From Deinococcus sp. (GTDB lineage Bacteria; Deinococcota; Deinococci; Deinococcales; Deinococcaceae), in assembly GCA_965261005.1 (NCBI GenBank), contig OZ253375.1, forward strand, positions 2,464,001 through 2,528,000: a DNA stretch of 64,000 bases, in the 5' to 3' direction. Below, piece by piece: positions 1 through 10,414 of the stretch. The number at the start of each line of letters is the position of its first letter. Positions within the stretch are counted from its first letter, which is position 1. The notes under the pieces were generated by a model. That model was not told where the DNA came from and ran no database searches. It worked only from the letters and a program-made list of their open reading frames with translations. Position numbers and translations under genes: made by a program.

Positions 1-277
1 GCCACACGTACACCAGGATGCCGAAGCCCACCGCCAGACGTAGAATCGCCAGCGGCAGCGCGCCGCCGCTGAAGAGGCTCCAAGCGGCGCCGGTGTTGAA
101 GGTGAGATACCAGCCGAACACGCCCGGCACGACGCTGAAGGGTCCCTCGCCCGGCCTGAGGTTGGCCAGCGCCCAGGCCTTGAGCGCTTGGTCGGCCGCC
201 AGCAAGAGGGCCGCGATCAGCAGGGGCGTCCAGCGCGCGAGCGGACGTGTTGGGGCGGAGGCGGGGGCGTTCTGCAC
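1..277 (-). CDS. lspA: Lipoprotein signal peptidase II (runs off window start; not in ORF track)
   Basis: Manual translation from GTG at 277: [40 protein letters not shown]...[15 protein letters not shown], containing the LspA DQxxK and NTGAAW motifs; TATACT lies 6 nt upstream. Confidence 0.9.
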   Translation of the reverse strand, partial: MQNAPASAPTRPLARWTPLLIAALLLAADQALKAWALANLRPGEGPFSVVPGVFGWYLTFNTGAAWSLFSGGALPLAILRLAVGFGILVYVW

Positions 278-357
278 GGGGAGAGTATACCGGGCAGAGC
301 GTGCCCGGACGTGCGCGCGCCGCTTTCCCCGGCCCTCCAGGGTGTCAGACTGCCGAC

Positions 358-843
358 ATGGCCAACGTGGAGTCCTTTGACCTCGACCACACCAAGGTGC
401 GCGCCCCCTACGTGCGCCTCGCCGGCGTCAAGCGCACCCCGCGCGGCGACGCCATCAGCAAGTATGACCTGCGCTTACTCCAGCCCAACGCGGGCGCCAT
501 CGAGCCGCCCGCGCTGCACACCCTGGAACACCTGCTGGCCGGCGCGCTGCGCGACCACTTGCAGGACGTGGTGGACGTGTCCCCGATGGGCTGCCGCACG
601 GGATTGTACCTGGCCCTGATCGGCGAGCCGGACGAGGCGGGCGTGCTGCGCGCCTTTGAGACGGCGTTAAAGGACGTGGCCGCCTTCGACCGCCCCATTC
701 CCGGCGTGAGCGAGCTGGAGTGCGGCAACTACCGCGACCACGATCTGGACGCCGCCCGCCAATACGCCCGGGGCGCCTTACAAGCCGGCCTGAAGGTTCA
801 GCAAACGGTCCTGATTGACGAGGCGGCGTCCACCCAGCGCTGA
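358..843 (+). CDS. luxS: S-ribosylhomocysteine lyase (AI-2 synthase)
   Basis: [27 protein letters not shown] and ECGNYRDH motifs; start taken at ATG 358. Confidence 0.96.
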   Translation: MANVESFDLDHTKVRAPYVRLAGVKRTPRGDAISKYDLRLLQPNAGAIEPPALHTLEHLLAGALRDHLQDVVDVSPMGCRTGLYLALIGEPDEAGVLRAFETALKDVAAFDRPIPGVSELECGNYRDHDLDAARQYARGALQAGLKVQQTVLIDEAASTQR

Positions 844-859
844 GCCGGAACCAACAAGG

Positions 860-1660
860 CTACTTCAAGTCAATCTCTTTGGGATCGTAGTCGGGGGGCG
901 GCGTTTGGGGGTTCATCTCCTCCAGCGCGCCCACGATGATCTCCGAGACCACCACATTGCGAAACCACTTGCGGTCGGCGGGCACCACGTACCACGGCGC
1001 CGCCGAGGTGGCGCTGTGCGCGATCACGTCCGCGTAGGCGGCGCTGTACTGGTCCCACAGGGCGCGCTCGGCGAGGTCGGCGGGGTTGAACTTCCAGTGC
1101 TTATCGGGCCGGTCGAGGCGATCTTGCAGCCGAACGCGCTGCTCCTCCTTGCTGACGTGGAGGTACAGCTTGACGACGCGCGTGCCGCGGTCTCCCAGCA
1201 GGGCCTCGAAGGCGCGGATGTGTTTCAGGCGGCGCTTCAGGCTGCGCTCGTCGAGCGTCTCGTGAACGCGTGGAACGAGCACGTCCTCATAGTGCGAGCG
1301 GTTGAAGATGGCGATGTTGCCGGCCCTGGGCGCGTGCGGGTGAACGCGCCACAGAAAATCGTGGGCCGCCTCTTCCGGCGTGGGGGCCTTGAAGCTGGTC
1401 ACGACCACCCCTTGCGGGTTCACGCCGCTGAACACGTGCTTGATGGTGCCGTCCTTGCCGCCCGCGTCGCGCGCCTGCAACACCACCAGCAGGCTTTGCC
1501 GGCCCTCGGCGTACAGACGTTCTTGCAAGTCGCTCATCTGGGCTTGCAACTTCTCGGCGCGCGCCTCAGCCTCGCCCCGCTTCAGGCCGCCGCTCTGTTT
1601 GGTGGGCCAGTCGCGCAAATTGACTTGCCCTCCCGTCACGCGGTACTCGTCCAAGTTCAT
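860..1660 (-). CDS. ppk2: Polyphosphate kinase 2 family protein
   Basis: QARDAGGKDGTIK, HDFLWR, FNRSHYEDVL, APWYVVPADRKW motifs. Confidence 0.93.
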   Translation of the reverse strand: MNLDEYRVTGGQVNLRDWPTKQSGGLKRGEAEARAEKLQAQMSDLQERLYAEGRQSLLVVLQARDAGGKDGTIKHVFSGVNPQGVVVTSFKAPTPEEAAHDFLWRVHPHAPRAGNIAIFNRSHYEDVLVPRVHETLDERSLKRRLKHIRAFEALLGDRGTRVVKLYLHVSKEEQRVRLQDRLDRPDKHWKFNPADLAERALWDQYSAAYADVIAHSATSAAPWYVVPADRKWFRNVVVSEIIVGALEEMNPQTPPPDYDPKEIDLK

Positions 1661-1771
1661 GGAATCAGCCTAGCAGGCTGAGGTTTCCGGGGCGCGTGCT
1701 AGACTCGGTAGGTTCTGCGCGGGCCGCCCCATCTCTTCAGGGGGCCGCGCGAGAGGGGAAGGGAACAGCAC

Positions 1772-2485
1772 ATGACCGAAGAGCACACGCCCGAAGAGCT
1801 GCGCGAGGTGGTGAGCGCGCTGTCCGAGGGCGCCATGGACGAGGACCGCGAGGCCGACCTGCTGGAGGCGGCAGAAGATGATGGGGACGAGTACGTGGAC
1901 GCGGACGAGCTGCTGCAACTGCTCGCCCGCATGCAGTCGTCCCTCGACGAGCAATCCAAGGAGATTCGCGGTCTGCGCCGTGAAATGCGCGAATTGCGCG
2001 ACCAACTGGGCGGCGCTGGGCGCCCCGCCCAACGCGAGACGCCGCGCGAAGAGCGGGGCTACCGCCCGCGTGAGGATCGGCCCCAAAGCGGAGGTCAGGG
2101 CGGCCCCCAAGGGGGGAACTTCCGACCCCGTGAGGACCGTTCGCAGGGAAGCGGATTCCGCCCACGCGAGGAGGGCGGCTTTCGTCCGCGCGAGGACCGC
2201 TCTCAGGGGGGCGCCCGTGAGTTCCGCCCGCGCGAGGACCGGCCCCGAAGCGGAGGTCAGGGCGGCCCCCAAGGGGGGAACTTCCGGCCCCGTGAGGACC
2301 GTTCGCAAGGTGGCGCTCAGGGCGGCTTTCGTCCGCGTGAGGACCGACCCCAGGGCGGCGCCCGCGAAGTCCGCCCGCGTGGAGACCGGCCCCAAGCTGG
2401 ACCCGCTCAAGGCGCCTCACAGGGCGGCGAGTTCCGCCCGCGCCCGCGCAAGGACCACGGCTGGGGCAAGAAGCGCGACGAGTAA
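1772..2485 (+). CDS. Hypothetical protein: acidic N-terminus, coiled coil, G/R-rich repetitive tail
   Basis: Purine-rich RBS-like stretch upstream, terminator downstream, about 9 (F/Y/V)RPR repeats, most of them RPREDR. Confidence 0.75.
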   Translation: MTEEHTPEELREVVSALSEGAMDEDREADLLEAAEDDGDEYVDADELLQLLARMQSSLDEQSKEIRGLRREMRELRDQLGGAGRPAQRETPREERGYRPREDRPQSGGQGGPQGGNFRPREDRSQGSGFRPREEGGFRPREDRSQGGAREFRPREDRPRSGGQGGPQGGNFRPREDRSQGGAQGGFRPREDRPQGGAREVRPRGDRPQAGPAQGASQGGEFRPRPRKDHGWGKKRDE

Positions 2486-2497
2486 GTTGCTTGAGAG

Positions 2498-2529
2498 AAG
2501 GGCCGGGGAAATTCCTCGGCCCTTTTTTG
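2498..2529 (+). terminator. Intrinsic terminator between convergent genes
   Basis: aagggccgggga...tcctcggccctt stem followed by a T run. Confidence 0.8.
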
Positions 2530-2530
2530 C

Positions 2531-2896
2531 TCAGTTGGCGCCGGGCGCGTCCACCCACACCGGCTCCGGCTGAATCTGCTCGGCGGGCGCCCGGCCGCTC
2601 TCCATGCCCGAGTTCCGCACGGTCATCACCGGCTTCAGGCTCATGTCATGGTCGCAAGTCATTTGGCACGACAAGCGGGCCGTGCCCAGCAGGTTCTTAT
2701 CGCCCAGAATGGCGCGCTCGGCCTCGGTCATGCGCTCCGGCTCACCCTGAGAGAACTCCACCTGGCAGGTGGTGCAGCGCGCCACGCCGCCGCAGCGGTG
2801 CAGGATGTCCACCCCGCCGCGCTCCAGCGCCAGTACCAAGCGCTCGCCGTCTTCCGCCGCAATGTCGCCGTATCCGTCCACCGTCAGGGTTGGCAT
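2531..2896 (-). CDS. 2Fe-2S ferredoxin-like protein
   Basis: HRCGGVARCTTC...RLSCQ cysteine pattern; start ATG 2896 (MPTLTV). Confidence 0.88.
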   Translation of the reverse strand: MPTLTVDGYGDIAAEDGERLVLALERGGVDILHRCGGVARCTTCQVEFSQGEPERMTEAERAILGDKNLLGTARLSCQMTCDHDMSLKPVMTVRNSGMESGRAPAEQIQPEPVWVDAPGAN

Positions 2897-2994
2897 ACGG
2901 CAGTCTACACATGGGCCGTGTACCCGCGCTCCCCTCAAGGTCGCCTTAAGGTGAGTTCAACAGGGGAACGCCCCGTCCCCTTAGCCTTGAACCC

Positions 2995-4092
2995 ATGACC
3001 ACGCGCACCGAAGTGTTGCAAGACGAGTACCTGCGGCGCGAGGGCGACAAGGTGGGCGAGTTCCGCTACTTTTCCCCGGACGGAAGCGAGTTCACGGACG
3101 CGGCGCAGCTCGCGCGCATCGCCAAGCTGGCGGTGCCGCCCGGCTACCACGACGTGTACGTGTCCCCCGACGAGGGCGCCGAGTTGCAGGCCTTCGGACG
3201 CGACGACGCCGGACGCCTTCAGTACCGCTACCACCACGACTTCTTGCAGGAGGGGGCCACGCGCAAGTGGCGCCGCCTGGCCAAGTTCGCCGGCCAGCTG
3301 CCCCTGATGCGCCGCCTCACCACTGCCGACTTGCGCCGCGCGGGTTTGCCGCCGCGCAAGGTGCTGGCCCTGATGACGCGCCTCCTCTACGTGGCGCACT
3401 TCCGGGTCGGGTCGGACCAGTACGCCGCCCAGCACAAGACCTACGGGCTGTCCACGCTGCTCAAGCGGCACGTCAAGGTACACGGCCACACCGTCGAGTT
3501 CACCTTCAAGGGCAAGCACGGCATTCGGCAGCACAAGGCCGCCACCGACAAGACCATTGCGGACAACGTCGAGAAGCTGCTGGCCTTGCCGGGGCGCCAG
3601 CTGTTTCAGGCGCGCGAGGAGGGAGAGGTCACGCGCCTGCACGCGGCGGACCTCAACGCCTACCTGCGCGAATTGATCGGCCCCTTCACCGCCAAGGACT
3701 TTCGCACCTGGGGCGGCACGCTGTTGGCCGCCGAGTACCTGGCCGAGGCGGGCGTGGCGCCCAGCGAGCGCGAGGCCCGCCGGGCGGTGGTGGCGTGCGT
3801 GAGGGCGGTGGCGGAGGACCTCGGCAACACCCCGGCGGTGGTGCGCGGCCACTACATCTGTCCGGTGATCTTCGACCGCTACTTTGAGGGCAAGGTGCTC
3901 GACGACTACGAGCCGCGCGCCGGCCGCCAAGGTGCCCACGGCGAGGAAGGGCTGACCCGTTCTGAGGCGGCCCTGAAGCGCATGCTGGAGGCGGGCCAAG
4001 GCAGGCCGAAGCGGTCCAAACCGGCCGGGCGCGCCGACCTTACTGAACCAACACCTAGTGAACCAACACCGTCGGGTCGCCGGGCACCGTGA
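2995..4092 (+). CDS. DNA topoisomerase IB (bacterial, poxvirus-like)
   Basis: GRDDAGRLQYRYH, FRVGSDQY, FKGKHG, AKDFRTWGGT and LGNTPAVVRGHY motifs. Confidence 0.92.
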   Translation: MTTRTEVLQDEYLRREGDKVGEFRYFSPDGSEFTDAAQLARIAKLAVPPGYHDVYVSPDEGAELQAFGRDDAGRLQYRYHHDFLQEGATRKWRRLAKFAGQLPLMRRLTTADLRRAGLPPRKVLALMTRLLYVAHFRVGSDQYAAQHKTYGLSTLLKRHVKVHGHTVEFTFKGKHGIRQHKAATDKTIADNVEKLLALPGRQLFQAREEGEVTRLHAADLNAYLRELIGPFTAKDFRTWGGTLLAAEYLAEAGVAPSEREARRAVVACVRAVAEDLGNTPAVVRGHYICPVIFDRYFEGKVLDDYEPRAGRQGAHGEEGLTRSEAALKRMLEAGQGRPKRSKPAGRADLTEPTPSEPTPSGRRAP

Positions 4093-4891
4093 TGACCTCG
4101 GCCCAGTCCTGGCCACCGTCCGGCTTGACGCGCATGTGTCGCATCTCCTCGGCGCCCACCCGCAGAAAGAACGCGCCGTTTTCGTCGCTGAAGGCAATTT
4201 CGGAGCCGTCGGCGAGGCGCACCTCGGCGCCGATAAGCGGGACGTTGTCCGGACCGCGCAGGCGCCAGCCGTAGCGCCGGCGCTGGCTCACCACCTCGCC
4301 CTCGTCGCTGCGCACAACGCGGGTCTGCTGCTCCAGGACCAGCGGCGAGAGAAACTCGACGTTGAGGTCGAGCGGCACGGTCAGCACGTAGTGCAGTCCC
4401 GTCCGGGCGGTGTTGCCGATGCCGCTCCAGATTTCGCTGAGGCGCGCGTTCTCGCCGGGCTGCGACACCGCGCCCAGAATGCCCAGCTGCATATCGCGCG
4501 CCCCGGCGGGCACGTCGCGCTCGGGCCACTCGGCGTTGCGCATCAAGGTGGCCAGCACGCGCCACAGAACCAGCCACTCTTGGTCGTCCATCTCGCCGCT
4601 TTGCGACTTGAAAAAGACGTTCACCACGTACTTGAGGTCCACGCGGCGGGGCCGCAGACGGCGGGCGGCGCTGGCGTCGCCGCGCCGCACCTCCATGTCG
4701 TGGGCGCGCAGCTTGGTGTTCTCGACCAGGTCGTACAGGTAGAAGTTGATGGTGGGCCGGTTCAGCGAGGCGGTCCACTCGCGCGTGGGGGTGGCGAAGC
4801 GGATGTCCACCTCGCTCTGAGGCAGCTTGGCGTCGCGGTGCAGCATGGCCTTGAGGGCGTCGTGAACGGGGCCGATCATGTACCCCTTCAC
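4055..4891 (-). CDS. DUF4255 (Pvc16/Afp16-like) protein with a C-terminal beta domain
   Basis: N-terminal DIRFATPTREWTASLNRPTINFYLYDLVEN...RVDLKY pattern resembles DUF4255. Confidence 0.7.
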   Translation of the reverse strand: MKGYMIGPVHDALKAMLHRDAKLPQSEVDIRFATPTREWTASLNRPTINFYLYDLVENTKLRAHDMEVRRGDASAARRLRPRRVDLKYVVNVFFKSQSGEMDDQEWLVLWRVLATLMRNAEWPERDVPAGARDMQLGILGAVSQPGENARLSEIWSGIGNTARTGLHYVLTVPLDLNVEFLSPLVLEQQTRVVRSDEGEVVSQRRRYGWRLRGPDNVPLIGAEVRLADGSEIAFSDENGAFFLRVGAEEMRHMRVKPDGGQDWAEVITVPGDPTVLVH

Positions 4892-4970
4892 GATAGCTCA
4901 GCCGCGCGCCCTACAGTGTCAAAAATGATGCTGGGCTTTCGGTGGCGTGGCTTGATATGGGTGGCTTGAG

Positions 4971-6134
4971 GTGAGCGGGGACGCCGAGGCGTGGCTGTTT
5001 TCCCGCACCCGGGGGGGAGCGCCGCGCGACCCGGGGCGGGCGCGGGCGCTGCTGGACGCCCTGGGCGCGCCGGACGCCCGCTTTTCCGCCTTGCGGGTGG
5101 TGGGCACCAACGGCAAAGGCTCGACCTGCGCCATGCTGGAGGCCGGCTTGCTGGCGGTGGGCGAGCGGGTCGGGCGCTTCAGCTCCCCTCACCTGGAGCG
5201 CTTCGGGGAGCGGGTGCGGGTGAACGGGCGCGAAATTGCGCCCGCCGAAGTCGCCGCCTTTGTGGTGTGGGCGCGCGAGCACGCGCCGGACGCCGCCTTT
5301 TTTGACCTCGCGCTGGGCCTGGCCGCCCGGACCTTCGCGCGCGCCGGCGTGCGTTGGGCGGTGATGGAGGCCGGCGTGGGCGGGCGCAGCGACGCCACCC
5401 AGGCCCTCGGGCGGGTGGCCGCCGTGCTGCTGACCAACGTGGCCCTCGACCACACCGCCACCTTGGGAGGGAGCCTGGCCGAGATCGCCCGCGACAAGGC
5501 GGGCGCGGCCCTGCCAGGAGTGCCGCTGCTCACCACGGCGACGGGGGAGGGCCTCGCCGTGGCGAGCGAGGTGGCCTTGCGGCGGGGCGCGCCGCTGTAC
5601 ACGCCGGCCAGCCGCCCGGATCTGTTCGCGCTGCCGCGCCCGCCGCGCCTGCTGGGGGACCATCAGCGGGACAACGCCCGCTTGGCGCTGGCCGCCCTGC
5701 GCCTGCTCGGCTTCGGCGCCGGCGCAGAAGCCGCCCTGGACGCCGAACATCCGGGACGTTTGGAGCGCTTGAACGCGCTGGAGCGCGAGGTGTGGCTCGA
5801 CGGCGCGCACAACCCGCACGCGGCGCAAGCCTTGGCGGTGGCCCTGGGTCACGCGGACGCGCTGGTGTTCGGCGCCTTTGGCCGCAAGGCGGTGGAGGAC
5901 ACGCTCGCACCCCTGCTGACCTTGGGCGGCGCGCGGGTCTTCACCTCGCCGGGAGAGGGAGGCGCCGATCCGCAGGCTCTGGCCGCCCGGTACGGCGGCC
6001 ACGCCGAGCCGGACCCCGCCGCAGCCCTAGAACTGGCGCTCCAGCTGACGCCCCCCGGCGGAAAGGTGCTGGTGACGGGCAGCCTCTACCTGGTCGGCCA
6101 GCTGCGCGCGGCGCTCTCAAATTTGCAGGGCTAG
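4971..6134 (+). CDS. folC: Folylpolyglutamate synthase/dihydrofolate synthase
   Basis: VVGTNGKGST, SPHL..F.ER, EAGVGGRSDAT, LDGAHNP, VTGSLYLVG. Confidence 0.93.
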   Translation: MSGDAEAWLFSRTRGGAPRDPGRARALLDALGAPDARFSALRVVGTNGKGSTCAMLEAGLLAVGERVGRFSSPHLERFGERVRVNGREIAPAEVAAFVVWAREHAPDAAFFDLALGLAARTFARAGVRWAVMEAGVGGRSDATQALGRVAAVLLTNVALDHTATLGGSLAEIARDKAGAALPGVPLLTTATGEGLAVASEVALRRGAPLYTPASRPDLFALPRPPRLLGDHQRDNARLALAALRLLGFGAGAEAALDAEHPGRLERLNALEREVWLDGAHNPHAAQALAVALGHADALVFGAFGRKAVEDTLAPLLTLGGARVFTSPGEGGADPQALAARYGGHAEPDPAAALELALQLTPPGGKVLVTGSLYLVGQLRAALSNLQG

Positions 6135-6159
6135 CTTTAAATCAAGTGCCGGCTTTAAA

Positions 6160-6972
6160 TCAAACGCCGGGAAAGCCGACGCAGATCAGGCCGAAGTAGG
6201 TCGGCGCCTCGTAGGACAGGAATTGCGGCCGTCGCGCCCCCGGCGGAATGGCCCCGGCGAGGACCAGCGTTTGCCACAGCCCGTCGGGCTTGGCGTCCTC
6301 AATCAGCTGCGGCCCGAAGCCGGCCAGCGCCTCCAAGTCGCCGCTTTGCAGACACTCGACCACCCGGGCGTCGAGTTGGGCGGCGGCCCCGTGATACCCG
6401 TAGGGTCCCGCCGCGTCGTGGGTGTGCGACCAGTCGCAGCTGGCGATCAGGCCCACCCGCTTGCCCGAGGCGGCGACCGCCCGCGAAAGCGCCGCGCCGA
6501 AGCGCAGGTGTGGCCCGAAGTCCGCGCCGCGCGGTGGGTTGACCACCACCACCGGCACGTCCGGCATGAAGTGCAGCGGGATGATCGCGCCCCAATCGAG
6601 CGGCAGGCACGACAGCGGTCCCTGCGCCGTGGCGAAGTTGAGCAGGGCGGCGGGCAGGCCGTCTTGAAGGGCGGCCTCGGCAATGCTGTGGGTCAGTTGC
6701 CGGTCCACCGCTTTCTCCATCTCGACGGCGCCGCCCCCATGCTCCACCTTGCCGCGCATCCTTTCGGAGTCGGCGACGGCGAACTGGCCCTCGACTCTGG
6801 TGCCGTGCGGGGTCAGCACGATCAGGGCTTCGGGCAAGGCGGCGGCCATCTGAGCGCCGAGCGTCTCCAAGCTGGCGCGGGTGCGGGCCATCAGGTCGGG
6901 ACGGTCGCCGGAAAGTTCGGCGATGATCTCGGAGCCGTGCGGGGCAATGGTGGCGAACACGAAGGGATTCAT
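6160..6972 (-). CDS. Extradiol ring-cleavage dioxygenase class III (LigB-like) protein
   Basis: APHG, LTPHG, LDWGAIIPL, ASCDWSHTH, SYEAPTYFG; start MNPFVF at 6972. Confidence 0.8.
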   Translation of the reverse strand: MNPFVFATIAPHGSEIIAELSGDRPDLMARTRASLETLGAQMAAALPEALIVLTPHGTRVEGQFAVADSERMRGKVEHGGGAVEMEKAVDRQLTHSIAEAALQDGLPAALLNFATAQGPLSCLPLDWGAIIPLHFMPDVPVVVVNPPRGADFGPHLRFGAALSRAVAASGKRVGLIASCDWSHTHDAAGPYGYHGAAAQLDARVVECLQSGDLEALAGFGPQLIEDAKPDGLWQTLVLAGAIPPGARRPQFLSYEAPTYFGLICVGFPGV

Positions 6973-6998
6973 GCTTGGGGCCAGCATGCCACACGGGC

Positions 6999-7091
6999 GC
7001 CGTTCTGCCCAAGACGCGGGCAGGCCCGGAAGGTGCCGTTCTGCCCAAGACGCGGGCAGGCCCCATACGGGTGCCGCTTTGCCCAAGACGC
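6999..7091. repeat. Tandem hairpin-containing direct repeat (two full copies and one degenerate)
   Basis: gccgttctgcccaagacgcgggcaggccc at 6999 and 7035; partial copy at 7073; internal ctgccc/gggcag stem. Confidence 0.85.
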
Positions 7092-7190
7092 ACACGCAAA
7101 ACACACGCGCCGCACCCGAACCTTTTACCCGCTCCTGGCACACTCTGAACACCGGGGGCGAGACACGTTCCCGGCCAAGGAGGACCGGAC

Positions 7191-7706
7191 ATGAACACAC
7201 GCAACAAGACCGCCCTGCTCGTTCTCGGCGCCGCCGCCGCCCTGGGGGTGCCCGCGCTGGCCGCCCAAACCGGACAAGGTCAGACGGCCCAAACGACTCA
7301 AAGCCGAACGACTCAAAGCCAGACAACTCAAAGCCAGACGGCGCCGGGGGGGCGCCTTCAGCAAAACGCCCAGCCGCGCGCCCTGCAAGTGCGCTACTAC
7401 AGCGCCGACCCCCTCGGCGGCGGCAAGCTGCTGGCGACCAAGACCTTGCAGCCGGGAACGGCCGGCGCACAGAACCAGAATCCCCTGGTCGCTGGGGCGC
7501 CCAGCGGCGCCAAGTTCGCGGTGATCGCGGACGGGCGCGGCGGCGCGCGCGTCATTGACCTCAACCAAGCCGGAGCTTTTGGAGGTGGGCGCGGCGGTAT
7601 GCATGGCGGGCCGGGCGGCCGTGACGGCGGCTTCAGGGGCGGCCCGGGGAGCGGGCGCGGCGGCAACCAGAGCCAGCCCGGCGCCCCGGATAGCACGGGA
7701 AGCTGA
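7191..7706 (+). CDS. Secreted low-complexity hypothetical protein
   Basis: AGGAGG RBS, Sec-type signal peptide (…VPALA/AQ), T/Q repeats, Gly-rich tail. Confidence 0.7.
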   Translation: MNTRNKTALLVLGAAAALGVPALAAQTGQGQTAQTTQSRTTQSQTTQSQTAPGGRLQQNAQPRALQVRYYSADPLGGGKLLATKTLQPGTAGAQNQNPLVAGAPSGAKFAVIADGRGGARVIDLNQAGAFGGGRGGMHGGPGGRDGGFRGGPGSGRGGNQSQPGAPDSTGS

Positions 7707-7762
7707 TGTTTGGAGCGCGGCCCGCACACTCGGGCCGCGCCTTCGTTCGCTACCCTGACCGT

Positions 7763-8430
<668 letters not shown>

Positions 8431-8434
<4 letters not shown>

Positions 8435-9585
8435 ACGCGCGGGCCATGAACACGCTCGCTGCTCGCCTCACGGCGGCGATGCTGGCGGTCGCCTTGCTGG
8501 CGCTGCTGGTGTTCGGCGGCGCGCTGCTGAGCGCCTTTCAGCTGGCTGGGCGCGACGTGCCGCGCGTGGCGCGCGGGGGACCGGGCGGACCGCCCTGGGC
8601 GCTGGGGGCGCCCGGTTCTCAGGAGCTTGGTCAAGAGCGGGCCGGGCGGCGGGTCTTCGACGCGCTGGTGCGGACCACCCTGCGGGCGGCCGTGTTGGGC
8701 GCGCTGGCCGCCGCCGCCGTGGGCGCCCTCGTGGCGCTGTGGCTGGCGCGCGGCCTGGCGCGGCCCATCGCCTCGGTGAGCCGCGCGGCCCGGCGGGTGG
8801 CGCGCGGACAGCTCGGCGCGCGGGCGCCGCCGCCCCGCGCGGGCGACCCCAGCGAGTCGCGCGCCCTGATCGCCGACTTCAACGCCATGGTGGGAAGCCT
8901 GGAGCGCGTCGACCAACAGCGCCGCGCCCTCTTCGCCGACGTGGCCCACGAGCTGCGCACGCCCATCAGCGCCATGCGGGCGCGCCTGGAGAGTGTGCAA
9001 GACGGCCTGGTGCCGTTCGATTCCGCCCAGGTGGAGCGCCTGCACGCGCAGGCCGCCCACCTCGCGCGCCTCGTCGAGGACGTGCGCACGCTGTCGCTGG
9101 CGGACGCCGGTGAGCTGAAGCTGGACCGGCGCCCCGTGGACGCGGGGCGGGTACTGGAAGAGGTGGCCGCGCAGTACGCGCCGCTGCTGGGGGCGCGCGG
9201 TCAACAGCTGCACCTGAAGCTGGCCCCCGACTTGGGCCGGGCGGACTGGGACGCGGCGCGCGTGACGCAGATGTTGGGAAACCTGCTCGACAACGCGGCC
9301 AAGGCGTCGCCGGAAGGCGGCTGGGTCGAGCTGTCGGCCGGGCGTGCCGGAAATGAGATCGCCCTGCGGGTGGCGGACGGCGGGGCGGGCCTGAGCGACG
9401 AGGCGCTGACGCACGCCTTCGACCGCTTTTACAAGTCGGACACCGCGGGTGGGGTGGGCAGCGGGCTGGGCCTCGCCATCGTGCGGACGTTGGTGGGATT
9501 GCACGGGGGACGGGTGAGCGCCGGGCGCCATGCGGGCGGCGGCGCCGAGTTCAGCTTGACGCTGCCGTCCTCAGCGGCAGCGTGA
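8431..9585 (+). CDS. HAMP-domain sensor histidine kinase (BaeS-like)
   Basis: Two TM segments, HAMP, AHELRTP H-box, NLLDNA, GSGLGLAI; ATGA overlap with the regulator. Confidence 0.93.
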
Positions 9586-10120
9586 AGCTCACCGCCGTCC
9601 CCTTGCCGGGCGCGCTCTCAATGCCGATCTGGCCACCGTGTGTCTCCACGGTCGGCGCGGTAGAGCCGGTCGAAGACGTGCGGCAGCTGTTCCGGCGCGA
9701 TGCCCGTCCCGCTGTCACGCCCCGTGACCCGAAAGACCGGCCCAACCACCCCCGCCTTCACCGCCACGCTGCCCCGCCCTGGCGTGTGCGCCAGGGCGTT
9801 GCCCAGCAGATTTTGCAGCACCTGGGTCACGCGCGTCGGCGAGGGACAGGAGCGCAGATCGCTCACCAGTCGGGCGACCTGCGCGGTCTCGCGCTGAAGC
9901 CGGACGTGGCGCTCGCGGGTCGGCGCAAAGGTGCCGTCGAGCATGCCCTCCAGTGTGCCGGAGATAACCGACAGCGGCGTGTTGAGGTCGTGGGCGATGT
10001 CGGCGGTGAGTTGGCGGCGCGCCCGCCGGCCCCGCGCCACCTCGGCGCTCATGGCGTTGAAGGCGTCCAGCAGCTCGCCGAACTCGTCGCGGCGGGTGCT
10101 GGGCAGAGAGAGGGCGGCTC
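9551..10120 (-). pseudogene. Degraded sensor histidine kinase
   Basis: DIAHDLNTPL H-box, NLLGNAL, DSGTGI, FDRLYRAD; no G2 box; the last segment (HGGQIGIESAPGKGT) is in another frame; no sensor or TM N-terminus. Confidence 0.8.
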
Positions 10121-10139
10121 GCCGCGCCGCATGGCCTGG

Positions 10140-10384
10140 ATGCCGTTGAGTAAGGCTGGCGTATACCCCAGCACCCGCAGATGCTTTTCCAAAACCATGC
10201 GGGAAGTCTTTTTCTCGTCCAACAAGAGCCGCAGCGTTTGTCTGATGAAACTGGTCTTGACGGCCGCCGTACCCGGCAGACGATCCACCATCTGCTCGAC
10301 CTTCTGCACGCGGCCGGCACAGTCCGTGCCGTCCACGAAGTAGGTCAGACTGACCGGGGCGAAGACTTGTCGGGAAGCTGTCAT
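10140..10384 (-). pseudogene. N-terminal heavy-metal-associated domain remnant (ZntA/CadA-like)
   Basis: LTYFVDGTDCAGRVQKVE resembles a GMDCxxC motif with the second Cys lost; the ORF then runs into the kinase remnant. Confidence 0.65.
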
Positions 10385-10394
10385 GTTCGCAGCA

Positions 10395-10414
10395 TATGTG
10401 CAAATTTGCGCATA
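10395..10414. promoter_or_regulatory. Imperfect palindrome, candidate metal-repressor operator
   Basis: tatgtgcaaa|tttgcgcata (one mismatch), 10 nt upstream of the HMA remnant start. Confidence 0.5.

Noticed and set aside
358..843. luxS as part of the proposed peptide signalling system
   Set aside because: About 49 kb away and explained by the activated methyl cycle; no sequence link.
2995..4092. Integrase or viral gene
   Set aside because: Motifs match bacterial topoisomerase IB, already known from Deinococcus; no att sites or mobile context.
6999..7091. Mini CRISPR array
   Set aside because: Gaps between repeats are only 7-9 nt, there are fewer than three full units, and no cas genes are in the window.
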